A DNA stretch of 64,000 nt, taken from positions 98,495,164 to 98,559,163 of the forward strand of contig NC_083406.1 in assembly GCF_020745735.1 (NCBI RefSeq), in the 5' to 3' direction. Position numbers and translations under genes: made by a program. This DNA is from Hemiscyllium ocellatum. Taxonomy: Eukaryota. Below, one piece after another: positions 24,801-37,085 of this stretch. The notes below the pieces were generated by a model. That model worked only from the letters and a program-made list of their open reading frames with translations, was not told where the DNA came from and searched no databases. Within the stretch, counting starts at the first letter, position 1, and the number at the start of each line of letters is the position of its first letter.

Positions 24801-27800
24801 ATTGCTCTGTTGGCTTTACATCTCAAAGCTTTATAGTTGTAATCTTACAGTGCAGGTTGTCTTGGATTGCAATCGTGTTCTGTTCTTGAGTCTGTTTGCA
24901 AGTTAATTTGTAGGCAAGTCAGAACACCATGCAGGACAACATAAAATAGCTATTCACAAGATGAAGAAAATGTTAATGTTAGATCTTCAAAATTTCACCA
25001 TTCGTGAATGTCCAATTTATCAATGTGTTCATAAGTGTGAATCAGGGATCCATGTACATTCCATTTGATTAAGGTAAAGTAGTAAACTTTTTATTTTCCC
25101 CATTTGAATGACTCAGAATCTCTACAAATATTGAAGTGTCAGCCTCCAATTACATGCTGCAGAAAAAGCTAAATTGTGGAGTAGAAATTTAGTGCACTGA
25201 ATAAAACTGGCTACGCCCAAATGTTTTTGCTGTTATCTCTGTATAGATCTGCATAGTGGGGAGCATGGTGTCTTGGTAGTTAGCACTGCTGCCTCACAGT
25301 GCCAGGGATCTGGGTTTGATTCTACCATCGGGCAAATGTCTGTGGAGTTTGCATGTTCTCCATGTCTGTGTGGGTTTCTGCCAGGTGCTCCAGTTTCCTC
25401 CCATAGTCCAATAGATGTGCACGGTAGGTGGATTGGCTATGCTAAATAACCGATAGTGTTCAAGGGATGTGTTGGTTGGGCGCACCATTGCGGAATAGGG
25501 GGATGGGTCTGGGTGGGATGCTTTTCAGAGGGTTGGTGTGGACCTGTTGAGCCAAATGACTTGTTTCCACACTAGGGATTCTATTCTACTCTATGGATTT
25601 GAGCTAAATAAAATATACATATAGAGTCATAGAGATGTACAGCATGGAAACAGACCCTTCGGTCCAACCCGTCCATGTCGACCAGATATCCCTACCCAAT
25701 CTAGTCCCACCTGCCAGCACCCGGCCCATATCCCTCCAAACCCTTCCTATTTTCATATACCCATCCAGATTCCTCTTAAATGTTGCAATTGTACCAGCCT
25801 CCACCACATCCTCTGGCAGCTCATTCCATACACGTGTGTGAAAAAGTTGCCCCTTAGGTCTCTTTTGTTTGAACCCTATTCATACATTTCTAAAGTTTTT
25901 GACATTTTTAACCAATATCAGTTTAAAGTCTGTTAAAAATTTAAGTACATATTTTGATTGATTTGCTACCTGGTTAGAAAAATACTAATTTTTTTTGTAG
26001 TTTTGGAATTATCAATCTTGTGGGGCTTTGGTGACAATACATCTGAAGTATTGTATATAACTTTGGTTGCTTATGTGAAAATAAAATCTTTGCAGGTAGT
26101 GAAATAAAGATTCTTCTTGCTGATTCTGTGGATAACTGTGTCGTCCCATGAGGAGAAATTGAGTAGATTCATGTAGTGTTATGCCCAGTGAAGGCATTCA
26201 TAACTGTAAACATGAACTATATTTAGCATATTGTTTTCTGGAAGTGTCCATTATTTTAAATAAAAGTTATTAACAACAATCCAAAAAAGGCTTCAAACCA
26301 TTGGAACATTCCTAGAGTGAATCTCCTTTCTGATGGGACAGGATTAGGCAGAACCGTGTGGATTTTAAGCCTGCTACTTTCTTTGGTTTATCCAAAACTC
26401 ATTGGATTTCACAATTGCTGACTCCTACATTGAGACTTTACAAAGAAAAGCTGCATCAGCCTCTTATTATAAGTGGGTGTGAACAGACCCACCTCCCCAT
26501 TCATTTTCCATTGTATAGCAATGGTTTCTAGCTTTAAACCTTTTTGCTGAGTAGTAGCAATTGATTGTGACTGAAACTAGCTCCTGCTACCAAAACCTTT
26601 TCCCGAAAGTCAGTCTGAGGAAAAATTGACAACAAATTTGGCAAAAAAAACAGATTGTAACTTCTTTTTTTAAAAAAAAGTACACCCTTCAAATGAGGTG
26701 AATAAAAATTGGATATCTCCATTCATGTATTTTTCTTCCCTACTTTCTCTTTTTTTTAAAAAAAAAACATGTAATTCTCAATGTATTTTATTGCGAATAA
26801 TAGTGGATCGATTTTAACAGAGAAAATAAAAAGATGCTTTATCCTTGAGTGCTGTGATTGATCTGTAAATGATGAATATGTAAATGAGGGAAAGAGACAT
26901 TCGAAGAAATGGGGAAATTACCGGGAACAGGTATTTAGAATGTAACAGTAGGGGGAGGTGACGCAATAGTGCTATTACTGTTGGACTATTAATCTAGAGG
27001 CCCAGGTAATGTTCTGGGAACCCAGGTTCAAATCCTGCCATGACCATTGGTAGCATTGGAATTCAGTAAAATAAATATGGAATTAAGTCATATGGTGACC
27101 ATTAATTTGATGTCACTTCTCAGGGTGGAGAAAACTCATCTCGCTCACTAACAACTTTTAGAGAAGGACTAATGTCCTTACCTGGTCTGGCCTATATGTG
27201 ATTCCAGATTCCCAGAAATGTGATTGGCACTTACATGTCCAATGGGCAGTTAAGGATGGGCTGTAAATGCTGGTCTAGCTTGTGATGCCCTCATCCCATG
27301 GACAACTTTTTAAAAAACATAACATTTCCTCTTTCTTTTATAGGTGTTCGGAGGCAAGATTGAATCAAAAAAAAGTATTCAAAATAAGCCTGTGCAAATC
27401 ACTCAACCTGAGGAACACCTATTAGCTGACCAAGAGAACAATTTGGAAGTAGAACAAAAATTGAAAGGAAATATCACTGTAGCTGTTAACAAAAGCAAAA
27501 CTGCCCAAAGCACAGATTCAAAGATGCTACATTTTGGCCAAAAGTACAATTCTAATGTAGAACAAAAATCAAAATTAAAAAGACATCCAAAAGTCCAGAA
27601 GGTCACACTCAGCCAGTCTTTTCTTGCAGTCAAAAATGAGCAGGCCAAATTAATGATTGATGAAAAGAACAATCAATCAAAGCTGCCTAATACTACTTTT
27701 AAGAAGCCCATATTAGGCTCATTTCGTGGTAAGATTGTAGAATCTAAGATTCAGTCCTTTAGATCAGGTACTCCGCAAAAGGAGAAGAAACAAGAGAAAA

Positions 27801-30800
27801 CTGATCTGGTAACACATACTTCTACAGAAATGCACAAAATAGAATCTAAAGGCATAATGCACAAGCCTAGACCAAAGGGAGTGGAAAACAGGCATCCTGT
27901 TAGGAGGGCAATGAATGTCACCTCTCATAGTAAACAAAAGAGTTTGACTGCAGCAACTGGCCTCCTTACTGCAAGCAGTCAGAAAACACTTGTAACTGAT
28001 GTGCTAGACCTAAAAATAGATGTTGCACAATCAGGCTGTGATGACACTGTAGTAGTAGCAACTCAAACAATCCGTGCAAAGAAAACTACTGTGCCAATCC
28101 AACACACTTCCAACAGTGTATCTGCAAGACACCCATCATGGAATTTTTCAAAAGCCATTGGTAACCTAAAACCGAAAGTGCCTATTGAAGGGAAGAGGTA
28201 ACTTTTTAACTTTTTTTTTGTTCTGGTGTAGCTGTTGATAATTACGTTAATGTTCAATAATTGATGCTCTGAAACATTGGAACCAAAAGAGGTGCAAAGT
28301 TTGTTTATGTTCAGACAGCTGTCTAAAGCTGAACTAACTATACAGTAGTCCTGTCTTATAGTCTCAAGTCCAGTACATTTTTTTTTATGTTGGAAAAGAA
28401 ATGCATTGTGTTTAACTTGAATTATTTTGCACTCTGCAATCATATTGTTCATGCAGCATAGATTTTTTTAAGTTACTTTAACACAATATTTGCAGTACCA
28501 AAGATTTTTGCCAAATCAATTTATGTAATTGAAACTGTCAATCACTTTTGTTCTAAAGTGGAGCACAGCTAACACAGTCGATAGTGTCAAAGGGGAAATT
28601 AGTAAAAAGGCCAACGATGACATCATTGCAAAGAAAGAAAGTTGTGGAATCACATTGGACAGCAACTGTTGAGGAGGAAAATCGAAGTGAATTTGTGGAA
28701 AAAATCAACCAGACCCTTTCCCAATATCTGAAGCAGATTAATGAGGTAAAATTGTCTTTTGATTTAGAGCCTCTGATAAGAAAAACAACTGAACAAGGTC
28801 TTTTAAGATAGTAAAAGCATTTCTGAAGGCTTGAGAGATTTAAGTTTTGAGGTAAGAGTTAAAACACCATATAGTACAAAGTATCATTAAAATCATTCAA
28901 GAATATCAACTGGCTAGAAAAGATTATCTTGACTTATCAATATTATTCAACCAATGGAATATTTCTGGAATATATTTTGTGGTAACCAGATAGGATCTAC
29001 TACATTTCAGTAATACTACTTTCTTTCCACCCCCTCACCACCCCCCCCCCCCCCCCCCCCCCCCCCCCACTCCCAAACCCATTGCCATCTTGTCACTTCT
29101 GAGGAATTTATGAATCACTTTTCATACATGATTCTAGCTCTTGTCAATAGTCTGTTTTTAATAAGATGTTTCTCCGCTTTTTTTGTAACAGCTTTTGTGA
29201 GCTTGTTCCTGCAAATGGAAAAACAATTAGATTTCACATGTATTTCTTTGTGCTTCCCAAAGGATAAAGGTTTTCATTTCTCCAACTTCAAACTTATTAA
29301 TTTTTTCAAGAAATTGGAAGATTGATGGAATCTAGATAATTTGGGTCTTTTTCTTTACATTCTCTAATAAAGTTCCTGAAGTTTAATTTGCAGGAGAAAT
29401 TGAAATACAAGTTGTTTTTTTTTCCCACTCTCTGGCCCATCCAATACACAAAGTTGACAACAGAAGTGAATTTTTCAGATCTGAATTCTTCTTTTTTTTT
29501 AGGGTTATCCAAGTGAAGATTGTTTACAATCTCTTCAAACTTTGATTGAGAGTGTTCCAAAAGCCAAAAAATTTGCAAGATATTGGATCTGTCTTGCACA
29601 GCTTGAACAACGCAAAGGATCGATGCATAATATCATGGCTATTTATGAACAAGCCATCCAGATAGGGGCACAGGTACTGCTAACTGCATACTACTTTTAT
29701 TTCTCTGCATTTCTTAAAATTAGGATTGTCCTGTCTCACTGGAGTAGTACATTTGAAATCCAGCCTCGCTATTACTGGAGTTATCACAATAATTAAAGAT
29801 CTTTGTGAAAGTTGTTTTTAGACCCAGCTTAATAGAAAGCACTGATCAGATTTCTGTGCGTAACAAGAATGTCAGGTTATTGCAAATAAATAAATTTCTG
29901 CTACAGGCAGACAATTATGAACCATCAATGTATAACGCTTTGTTAAAACTCTAAGGCCCTTAAGATTCCCTCTACACACAATGTAGAATACAGTGCAATC
30001 TTCCCCATTCCTGATCCTTTTAGCTTTGACAGGGGCTCTCTCACATGTGTGCTCTCTCTCCCCTCTCCCCCTTCATTCCCATTATGGTTCATGAGCAAAA
30101 AGAGGTATCACATGCTATCAGTGCAACATTTTTCACTTCTACATGTGATACTTCTTGGATGGCGTATTAGGTTTATCCATGAATTGAGACAGATCCAAAT
30201 GCTGATACATCTGTGCTATCAGTGAGAAAAAAATTGTTTGTCCAAGATTTGTGCATTTGATTTTCTACAGTAATTATCTAAGTTCTGCTGTGTTGCAATC
30301 CCTGTACCAAATTCTTCAGATATGCCACAGCAAAATGAAGTTCTTTTTTTTTTAAATGTAAGATGTAGCTAATCATATGGTCCACTTGATAGTCATAGAG
30401 ATGTACAGCATGGAAACAAACCCTTTGGTCTAATTCAACCAGATATCCTAAGTTTTCCAGCATTTGGCACATATCCCTCTAAACCTTTCATATTCGTATA
30501 CCCATCCAGATGCCTTTTAAATATTGTAATCATACCAGCCGCCTCCTCTGGCAGCTCCAGATAGGCACCACCCTCTGCATGATAAAGTTGCCCCTTAGGT
30601 CCCTTTTAAACCTTTTTCCTACCCTCTAGTTTTGGACTCCCCAACCCTCGTGCATGAAATAGATTCTTGCCAAATTGCAGATGTCTCCAAAGAGCTATAG
30701 AATGTGAGAAAGTTCTGAATCTATCTCCGAGCATATCAAGATGTAGGACTGGCAGTTTCTTTAGAAATGGGTTAACTTTAAAAGTTAATTTACCACAGCA

Positions 30801-33800
30801 ACCATTAATTATTAGCACCTATTCAAGTGAGTTAGCTTACATTTTGGAAGTGCAATTAAATTGTCTCCTGATTTAGGTCAGAAAAGAACACTGTCTGGTT
30901 TCGACAATTTAGCATTTCATTGAATTAAAGCTGGAAATTGTACTCCGTGTGCTCAAATGGTGATGTCTGTTTGTCTAATTGAGTTGAAAACTTACTTCCA
31001 CTCGACAACTTAATGCACTGGCAATTAAAATACTTACTTTTGTTTGCTCAATTAAATTCAACTTTCCAAGTAAAAAAAAACTTTTCTTCGACCATAAAAA
31101 GCCATGACTTGCCTGTGTTAGGAGTGTAAAAAGTAGGGGCAAAGTATGAGAAACTGTGATATTCATATTTTGGCATAATGATCAATAACAGAAGTTTATC
31201 CAAGTAAAATTACTTTAATTTTAAAATAAAGTGAAATGTATAGTTTTAAATTGAATAGCGGTGATGTATTCTTATGCAGTTAGCACAAATCTTACCCCTC
31301 TCTCTGTCTCCTTTCCATCTCTTTCCCCTAGATTAACCCATATTTTCATCTATTAAACCACAGATTTATATCTAAAATCTGGCACAATATGTTGGCATTC
31401 ATAGCAATTGCTAACAAGATTGATTTGCCTGATTTTTTTTTCCTTTGAATGCCGAGGCAAGAAAGCTGGTCTAATTTATGATCTGAGTTGTGGGAAATAT
31501 ATTTAATAGCTAGTTAAGTTTTTTGCAAACATTTTTCAAATGTGTTTTTCTATTGATCTCAGATCTGCACCAGATTGACATAAGTTGATGCAACATTTAC
31601 ACTATGGAGGCATGATTGGTAATTGTAATTAATAATTATGTATCTTTTTGCAGAGGTTAAGTTGTTTTTGTTTTACAGCCTGCAGATGAATTACGCATTA
31701 CATTTGTAGATATTTTGAAAAACACCAAGACTCCTAAAAAACCACATGTTGGTAAGTTGATGCCTTCTCATGTATTCATTCGGGACAATATATGCTCACA
31801 GAGAAGGGTCACTCGACTGCTGAGCCAGTTGTGCACCTGCCCTAAATCATGTGCAGGAGTGATGTTCTGGTATTTGACTGAACTAATCTAGAGTCACAAT
31901 CTAATGATCTGGGAATGCTAGTTTGAGTTCTACTGAGAGATGGTTAAATTTGAATTCCATAAAAGTCACATTCCATAAATTCCATTACTGTCATCAGTAT
32001 CTGGTTCACTACAGCAGATACCCTTCCTTGACGAGCATTAATGTATGATTTATAGACCCATACTTATGTGACTCTCAAGTACTGTTTAAAATGCTGTAGC
32101 AGTTCAAGGACAATTGAGAATGGGCAGTTTACATGCTCAGTGACTTCCGCCACCCCTACTGCCGTGTCTTCCACCACTTCCGCCCCCACTAACGCCACTC
32201 ACCTGCATTCTGCTGACACACCTCCCACTGTCACCATCCCTGCCCCCCAGAACCCTGAGGGGAACACTACCCCTGCTCATGGCTCCACCCCCATTTCCTC
32301 CCCCGCCACCACATCCACTCCAGTTACTAGCTCCACACCCACACCAGATCCCAGCTCCCAGCTCTACCGAGTTTTTATCATCCCTCCAGACCTTTTTAAT
32401 ACACGCCACAACATCGAACACTTCTTCCTCCGCCTCCGAGCTTACTTTCACAATCGGGACTCCCGCCCACCTTCCGAGGACCCCTTCACCCACCTCCAAC
32501 ACACTGCATCCACCTGGACACCCCGCGCTGGCCAATTACCTGTCCTCGACCTCTTCATTTCCAATTGCCGCCGGGACGTTAACCGCCTCAACCTGTCTAC
32601 CCTCCTCCCCCACTCCAATCTCTCACCCTCACAACGTGCAGCCTTCCAATCCCTCTGCTCCAATCCCGACCTCACCATCAAGACAGCAGATAAAGGGTGC
32701 GCAGTGGTAGTCTGGCGCACTGTCCTCTACACCGCTGAAGCCAAACACCAACTCTTCCTACTGCCCCCTCGACCATGACCTGACCCCACCAACCATCATC
32801 TCCCAGACCATACAGAACCACGTCACCTCAGGAGATCTCCCACCCACAGCTTCCAACCTCCTAGTCTGGGAACCCCGCACTGCCCAGTTCTACCTCCTTC
32901 CCAAGATCCAAAGCATCTCGTCCACATCCCGCACCTCCGCCCTCAGACCCCAACCTTCCAACCGTAACAAGGACAGAATGCCCCTGGTGCTCACCTTCCA
33001 ACCTACCAACTTTCACATAAACCAAATCATCCGCTGACATTTCTGCCACCTCCAAAAAGACTCACCACCAGGGATATATTTCCCTCCCCACCTCTTTCTG
33101 CGTTCCGCAAAGACCACTCCCTCCGTGACTACCTGGTCAGGTCCATGCCTGCTACAACCCACCCTCCCATCCTGGCACCTTCCCCTGCCACTGCAGGAAT
33201 TGTAAAACCTGCGCCCGCACCACCTCCGTCCCCTCCATCCAAGGCCCTAAAGGAGCCTTCCACATCCATCAAAGTTTTAGCTGCACATCACCAATATCAT
33301 TTCTTGTAGCCGTTGCTCCCAATGCGGTCTCCTCTCCATTGGGGAGACTGGATGCCTCCTAGCAGAGCACTTTCAGGAACCTCTCCGGGACACCTGCACT
33401 AATCAACCACATCGCCCTGTGGCCCAACATTTCAACTCCCCCCTCCCACTCTGCCAAGGACATGGAGGTCCTGGGCCTCCTTCACCGCCGCTCCCTCACC
33501 ACCAGACACCTGAAGGAAGCACGCCTCATCTTCCGCCTCGGAACACTTCAACCCCAGGGCATCAATGTGGACTTCAACAGTTTCCTCATTTTTCCCCTTC
33601 CCACCACCCCACCCCACCCTAGTTCCAAACTTCTAGCTCAGTACTGTCCCCATGACTTGTCCCACCTGCCTATCTTTTTTTTCCACCTATCCACTCCACC
33701 CACCTCCCTGACCTATCACCTTCATCCCTTCCCCCACTCATCTATTGTACTCTATGCTACTTTTGCCCCACCCCCACCCTCCTCTAGCTTATCTTCCCAT

Positions 33801-35962
33801 CCTTCAGGCTCTCTGCCTTTATTCCTGATGAAGGGCTTTTGCCCGAAATGTCAATTTTACTGCTTCTCGGATGCTGCCTGAACTGCTGTGCTCTTCCAGC
33901 ACCACTAATCCCGAATCTGGTTTCCAGCTTCTGCAGTCATTGTTTTTACCTAGTTAATGCTGACCAAGCCAGTGATGCCCACATCCCACGAATGAATAAA
34001 ATGTATACTTGACATCTGAAATAAAGAAAATATTCAGCAGATGGAGTCTTTTGGTTGATGTAGGTCTTTTCCCTTGAATTCCTTTGTCGGATGTGACTCA
34101 GTAGGTAGTGCACTCACCTGTGCAGCAAGATCTTAGTAGCAAGTTTGGTTTGGAAAAGCTGGTATTGTCTCCAACTTGGGGTTGTTCTCCTGAAGCAGAA
34201 GAGATTTGATGGAGGTAAATAAGAATGATATGTTAGGGTAGATTGAATCAGGAAAAGCTGTTCCCATTATCAGAGAATATAGGAACCAAGGAGCACATTT
34301 CAGTATTTGGTCAAGAAGTAAAGAGGAAATGAGGAAGAACGTTTTTTTTTCACACAGCAATGAGCTGCTGCCCATGAGAGAAGGGGAAGTAGAGACAATC
34401 AATGATTAAGAGGAAATTAGATGCTTTAAGGAAAATAAACTTGCAGGACTATTACAGACAAAATTTCTACCAGCAAATTGATTTAATTTGGAAAAATCTT
34501 TACCTGAACATGGTTGGCTAGCCTGTTTGCCTTGAAATTCCTCAGAACCTCCATGCTTATTAATTATGGTTTTTCGATTTTTTTTTTTGAGACTTCTATT
34601 TTTCACTTTAAAGTAAATTGCATTTTAAACTAAATTTCCAAATCAATCTTTGTATTCCATGATTCTCTTGCCTAAATTGTAACATAGCAGTTTATTACCT
34701 CATTCCACTTAGGCCTTTGAAGAGGCCTCATCCATTGATAATCTTCAGGTGAATTTCCAACTTGGTAACAAAATAGGTTTTAAAGTGTGATTTCTAGAAT
34801 GGGTTGTCTTTGAGAGTAGTCCATTAATGAATTCTGTTCTTTTTGCTTAAGGGAAAAAAGGCAATTTAAAGCATAACACTTAAGAATCACAGTGCAAAGG
34901 TACAAGTTTGTCATGTATTTCTTGTCTCCATAGCAATGAACAAAACTGAGGATGGAGCACAGAAAGATCCAAAGTTGGAACTCTTGTGTGTGACTGAACA
35001 GAGTGTTTCTGAAAAGAACGAAGTGGATCTGGCTGATACTGAGCAGAGGCCTTCTATAGAGAAGAGTGTGGAGTGCATGAATGATAAACTGGATGTCCCT
35101 CCAGAGAATCATGAAATGTGTATTGCTGCAACTGATCACAATGTTTCCAGAGAAAATGAAGGAGACCCCTTGTTTACTGAACAGCAAGTTTCCTGTAATG
35201 GAAAAGCAGACCTCTCAGGTGAACAGCAACTTTATGCAAAGGAAGAAGTGGAGCCCACATCAAAAGAACTGCATTCTCCTTCTGTGGAGTGTGTGGTGGA
35301 TGAAGCTGCTGGTAAAGAGGATTGTGAGGTGGAAGATGTAACAACAGTTGACCAGATGAAGACCCCATTGAAACAAATACTGACACAGAGTAAAACACAA
35401 AATAGAGGATCATCTGTTAAGTATAGTGTGAGTGTAACCCCTAGGAATAAATGGTAAGAAAGTTCGTGAATTTCAACTGCTTTTTAAATAGTAATACTAT
35501 GTGCATCTTAATAGTTCCAGAGGATGTATAGCAAGGTTCGATGAGGGATTTAAAACTTGGCAAGATTCAGCTCTATGTATATTTGTACTTAATCTGTTTG
35601 TTTTAATTTTCAATTGAGTTAATTATACTGGCATTTAAATATGTATAAAATAGTATTGACTTGACAACTGGTAACTTGGTCCTGTTCATCTTTATAATCC
35701 ATTGACTTTTCTCTCCCTCAGTGATAAAGATGTGGTTCAGATGGAAAACAGAAACTCTGCAATCAAAGAGTTGAACTTTCTGACGCCTGTGCGCCGTTCA
35801 CGACGTATTGAACAGGCATCTTCCCAAATGCCACTAATGTTGCAGGACCACAATCCCTGTGTGTCTTCACTGGAGGATCTAAACAATTTGAGAGGCGTAT
35901 CTATTGCCTACTCATTCAAGAGGAATAATGCATTACAAGAATGGACTAATAATTTCAAATGA
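21773..35962 (+). CDS. CKAP2: Cytoskeleton-associated protein 2, complete, 9 exons: 21773-21830, 22067-22157, 24671-24737, 27344-28197, 28559-28745, 29503-29673, 31679-31751, 34934-35453, 35722-35962 (2262 nt, 753 aa)
   Basis: All phases join into one open frame. Motifs: EQRRQKLEEYL, TLSQSF, KKPILGSFRGKIVESKIQSFR, AKKFARYWICLA..E, IYEQAIQIGAQP, KYSVSVTP, FLTPVRRSRR, DHNPCVSSL. Head-to-head with VPS36 as in mammals. Confidence 0.94.
22067..22157 (+). CDS. CKAP2: CKAP2 exon 2
   Basis: Pyrimidine tract plus CAG|; EQRRQKLEEYLQRKK...; donor AG|GTGATG. Confidence 0.92.
22980..23950 (-). mobile_element. Penelope-like element with an inverted terminal segment
   Basis: Endonuclease C-terminus (KFGTQGDGLNQDLG) on the minus strand; decayed hammerhead 23060-23088; partial inverted copy 23820-23950. 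Confidence 0.75.
24671..24737 (+). CDS. CKAP2: CKAP2 exon 3
   Basis: Best candidate bridging phase 2 to phase 0; (R)VYLRDKTNIEKLQASTWQTEGM; acceptor TTTGAAG| after a pyrimidine run; donor ATG|GTGGGT. Confidence 0.75.
25258..25590 (+). mobile_element. HE1-type SINE
   Basis: Same family head and tail. Confidence 0.8.
25622..25865 (-). mobile_element. CR1/HER1 LINE 3' end, near-identical to 5085-5330
   Basis: TAGAGTCATAGAGATGTACAGCATGGAAACAGACCCTTCGGTCCAACC... Confidence 0.85.
26950..27316 (+). mobile_element. Second tRNA-like SINE family
   Basis: GGTTCAAATCC B-box; core CCTTACCTGGTCTGGCCTA.ATGTGA.TCCAGA shared with 41286-41610; related decayed copy at 31870-32129 plus 33952-34000. Confidence 0.7.
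27344..28197 (+). CDS. CKAP2: CKAP2 exon 4 (854 bp)
   Basis: 285-aa ORF containing KKPILGSFRGKIVESKIQSFR; acceptor TTTTATAG|; donor AG|GTAACT. Confidence 0.95.
28559..28745 (+). CDS. CKAP2: CKAP2 exon 5
   Basis: GAQLTQSIVSKGKLVKRP...SHWTATVEEE...KINQTLSQYLKQINE; donor GAG|GTAAAA. Confidence 0.9.
29040..29068 (+). repeat. Poly-C tract (a second one lies at ~62917-62936)
   Basis: Homopolymer run. Confidence 0.9.
29503..29673 (+). CDS. CKAP2: CKAP2 exon 6
   Basis: GYPSEDCLQSLQTLIESVPKAKKFARYWICLAQLEQ...IYEQAIQIGAQ; 171 bp, phase 0-0. Confidence 0.95.
30390..30650 (-). mobile_element. CR1/HER1 LINE 3' remnant
   Basis: Same tail as the 5085 and 25622 copies. Confidence 0.7.
31679..31751 (+). 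CDS. CKAP2: CKAP2 exon 7
   Basis: PADELRITFVDILK...; acceptor TTTTACAG|; donor G|GTAAGT. Confidence 0.92.
32130..33951 (+). mobile_element. Penelope-like retroelement, internally deleted (N-terminal region, RT remnant, GIY-YIG endonuclease, 3' hammerhead)
   Basis: DLTIKTADKG.AVVVW; C..C.LL.IGET; VAQHFNS; EARLIFRLGTLQPQGIN; inserted into a SINE with possible AGTT duplication. Confidence 0.88.
33821..33856 (+). ncRNA. Minimal hammerhead ribozyme at the PLE 3' end
   Basis: attc-CTGATGA-a-GGGC tttt GCCC-GAAAT-GTC^aatt (CpG-decayed helix III). Confidence 0.75.
34934..35453 (+). CDS. CKAP2: CKAP2 exon 8 (acidic region)
   Basis: Acidic ORF ending GSSVKYSVSVTPRNK; acceptor CCATAG|; donor TG|GTAAGA. 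Confidence 0.92.
35722..35962 (+). CDS. CKAP2: CKAP2 exon 9 (last coding exon, stop TGA)
   Basis: SAIKELNFLTPVRRSRRIEQ...LQDHNPCVSSLEDL...RNNAL; acceptor CCCTCAG|. Confidence 0.95.
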
Positions 35963-36725
35963 ATATGGATTATCTTATAATTGTATGCACCTTATGTCCC
36001 AAAGCATCCATTTAGTCCAATGCAGTACAGTCTGCTTTGCATAATTGTTTCCTTTTCATTTCTAAACAGTGATGTCCTGCATTTTATACTGCCTTTTAAC
36101 ATAACAAAGCTATAGAAAATTTAGTGCTTAATCTTGTTTTTAAAGTGCTTTGTCATGCTGTAGTATGACAAAGGCCTAAGAAAATGATGGATAAAAATGA
36201 GAATGTTTTTAAAACTCCCAAGTTTGATTTCTCCCAAGTCCATTAGAGCTGAATACTATGGCTATCCTTGTCTTCTAGTTGAAACTAACTTTTCTCTCCA
36301 GTATTTTTAAAAGATTTCCTTTTTTTGATGAAGCAAAGTGCTGTAGGCACTGAATGTGAAATAAAAATAAATGCAGCTTGTTGAGCATCATCTGTGCACA
36401 GAAAATAGCTAACATTTCAGGCCAGTGCGTTTTTATTAGAACTGGGAATAGTTAGAGATGTAATCAATTATTTGAGCAATGGATAAATATGCCATGTTGT
36501 TTTCTTGCTTTACTTGTTTAAGTTTTCATTTGAGTTAGCAGCATAACTGCTCCAGGTCCATCTTGTTTTGTTTCTTGCATCCATTCCACTCCCTCTGGAC
36601 CTAGAGGAATAACCTTCTTGGCCCTTCATTCTCTCCTGTCGTCCATTCTTTTACAGCATTTTTTAAAAAAAACATTCTTGTCTCTCTTCCCTTGCTCAAA
36701 AGCTGCTACATTGCTAATATTTCCC

Positions 36726-36762
36726 AGTTCTGATGAAAAGTTACTGCCCTGAAATGTTTACT
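36726..36762 (+). ncRNA. Degenerate hammerhead ribozyme in the probable CKAP2 3' UTR
   Basis: agtt-CTGATGA-aaagttactgccct-GAAAT-GTT; helices decayed. Confidence 0.45.
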
Positions 36763-37005
36763 CATTTGCCTCTCTGCATGGATATTGTCTAACTGCTGAA
36801 CTTTCTCCCACCATTTGTTTGTTTTTTCTTTTAATGGCTGACAATATGCAAGAGTGACCTATTTTTCTCACCCCAACAAAGTTTCAGCAAATTTAAGTGT
36901 TTGATTCTTTAGTTATTAATGTTTGATATGCACATTTGTAATCTTGTTTTTTAAAAGAAAAAATCCACTATGATTGGAAGACAGTGGCAGACACAACGTA
37001 TGTAT

Positions 37006-37085
37006 AATAAAGCTATTAATTTAATACTTTGACTAAGTTATCTCAGTCCTGGAATTTAAGTTTGAGCAAACACTAATTGAATAAA
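37006..37085 (+). terminator. Candidate CKAP2 polyadenylation signals (AATAAA at 37006 and 37080)
   Basis: AATAAA hexamers about 1.05-1.1 kb after the stop, followed by T/GT-rich sequence. Confidence 0.5.

Noticed and set aside
27344-28201. 285-aa ORF as a stand-alone gene
   Set aside because: It begins at a splice acceptor (GTG) and ends at a donor; it is CKAP2 exon 4
32068-32778. 236-aa Thr/Pro-rich ORF as a mucin-like host gene
   Set aside because: It is the N-terminal region of the Penelope element fused to SINE sequence
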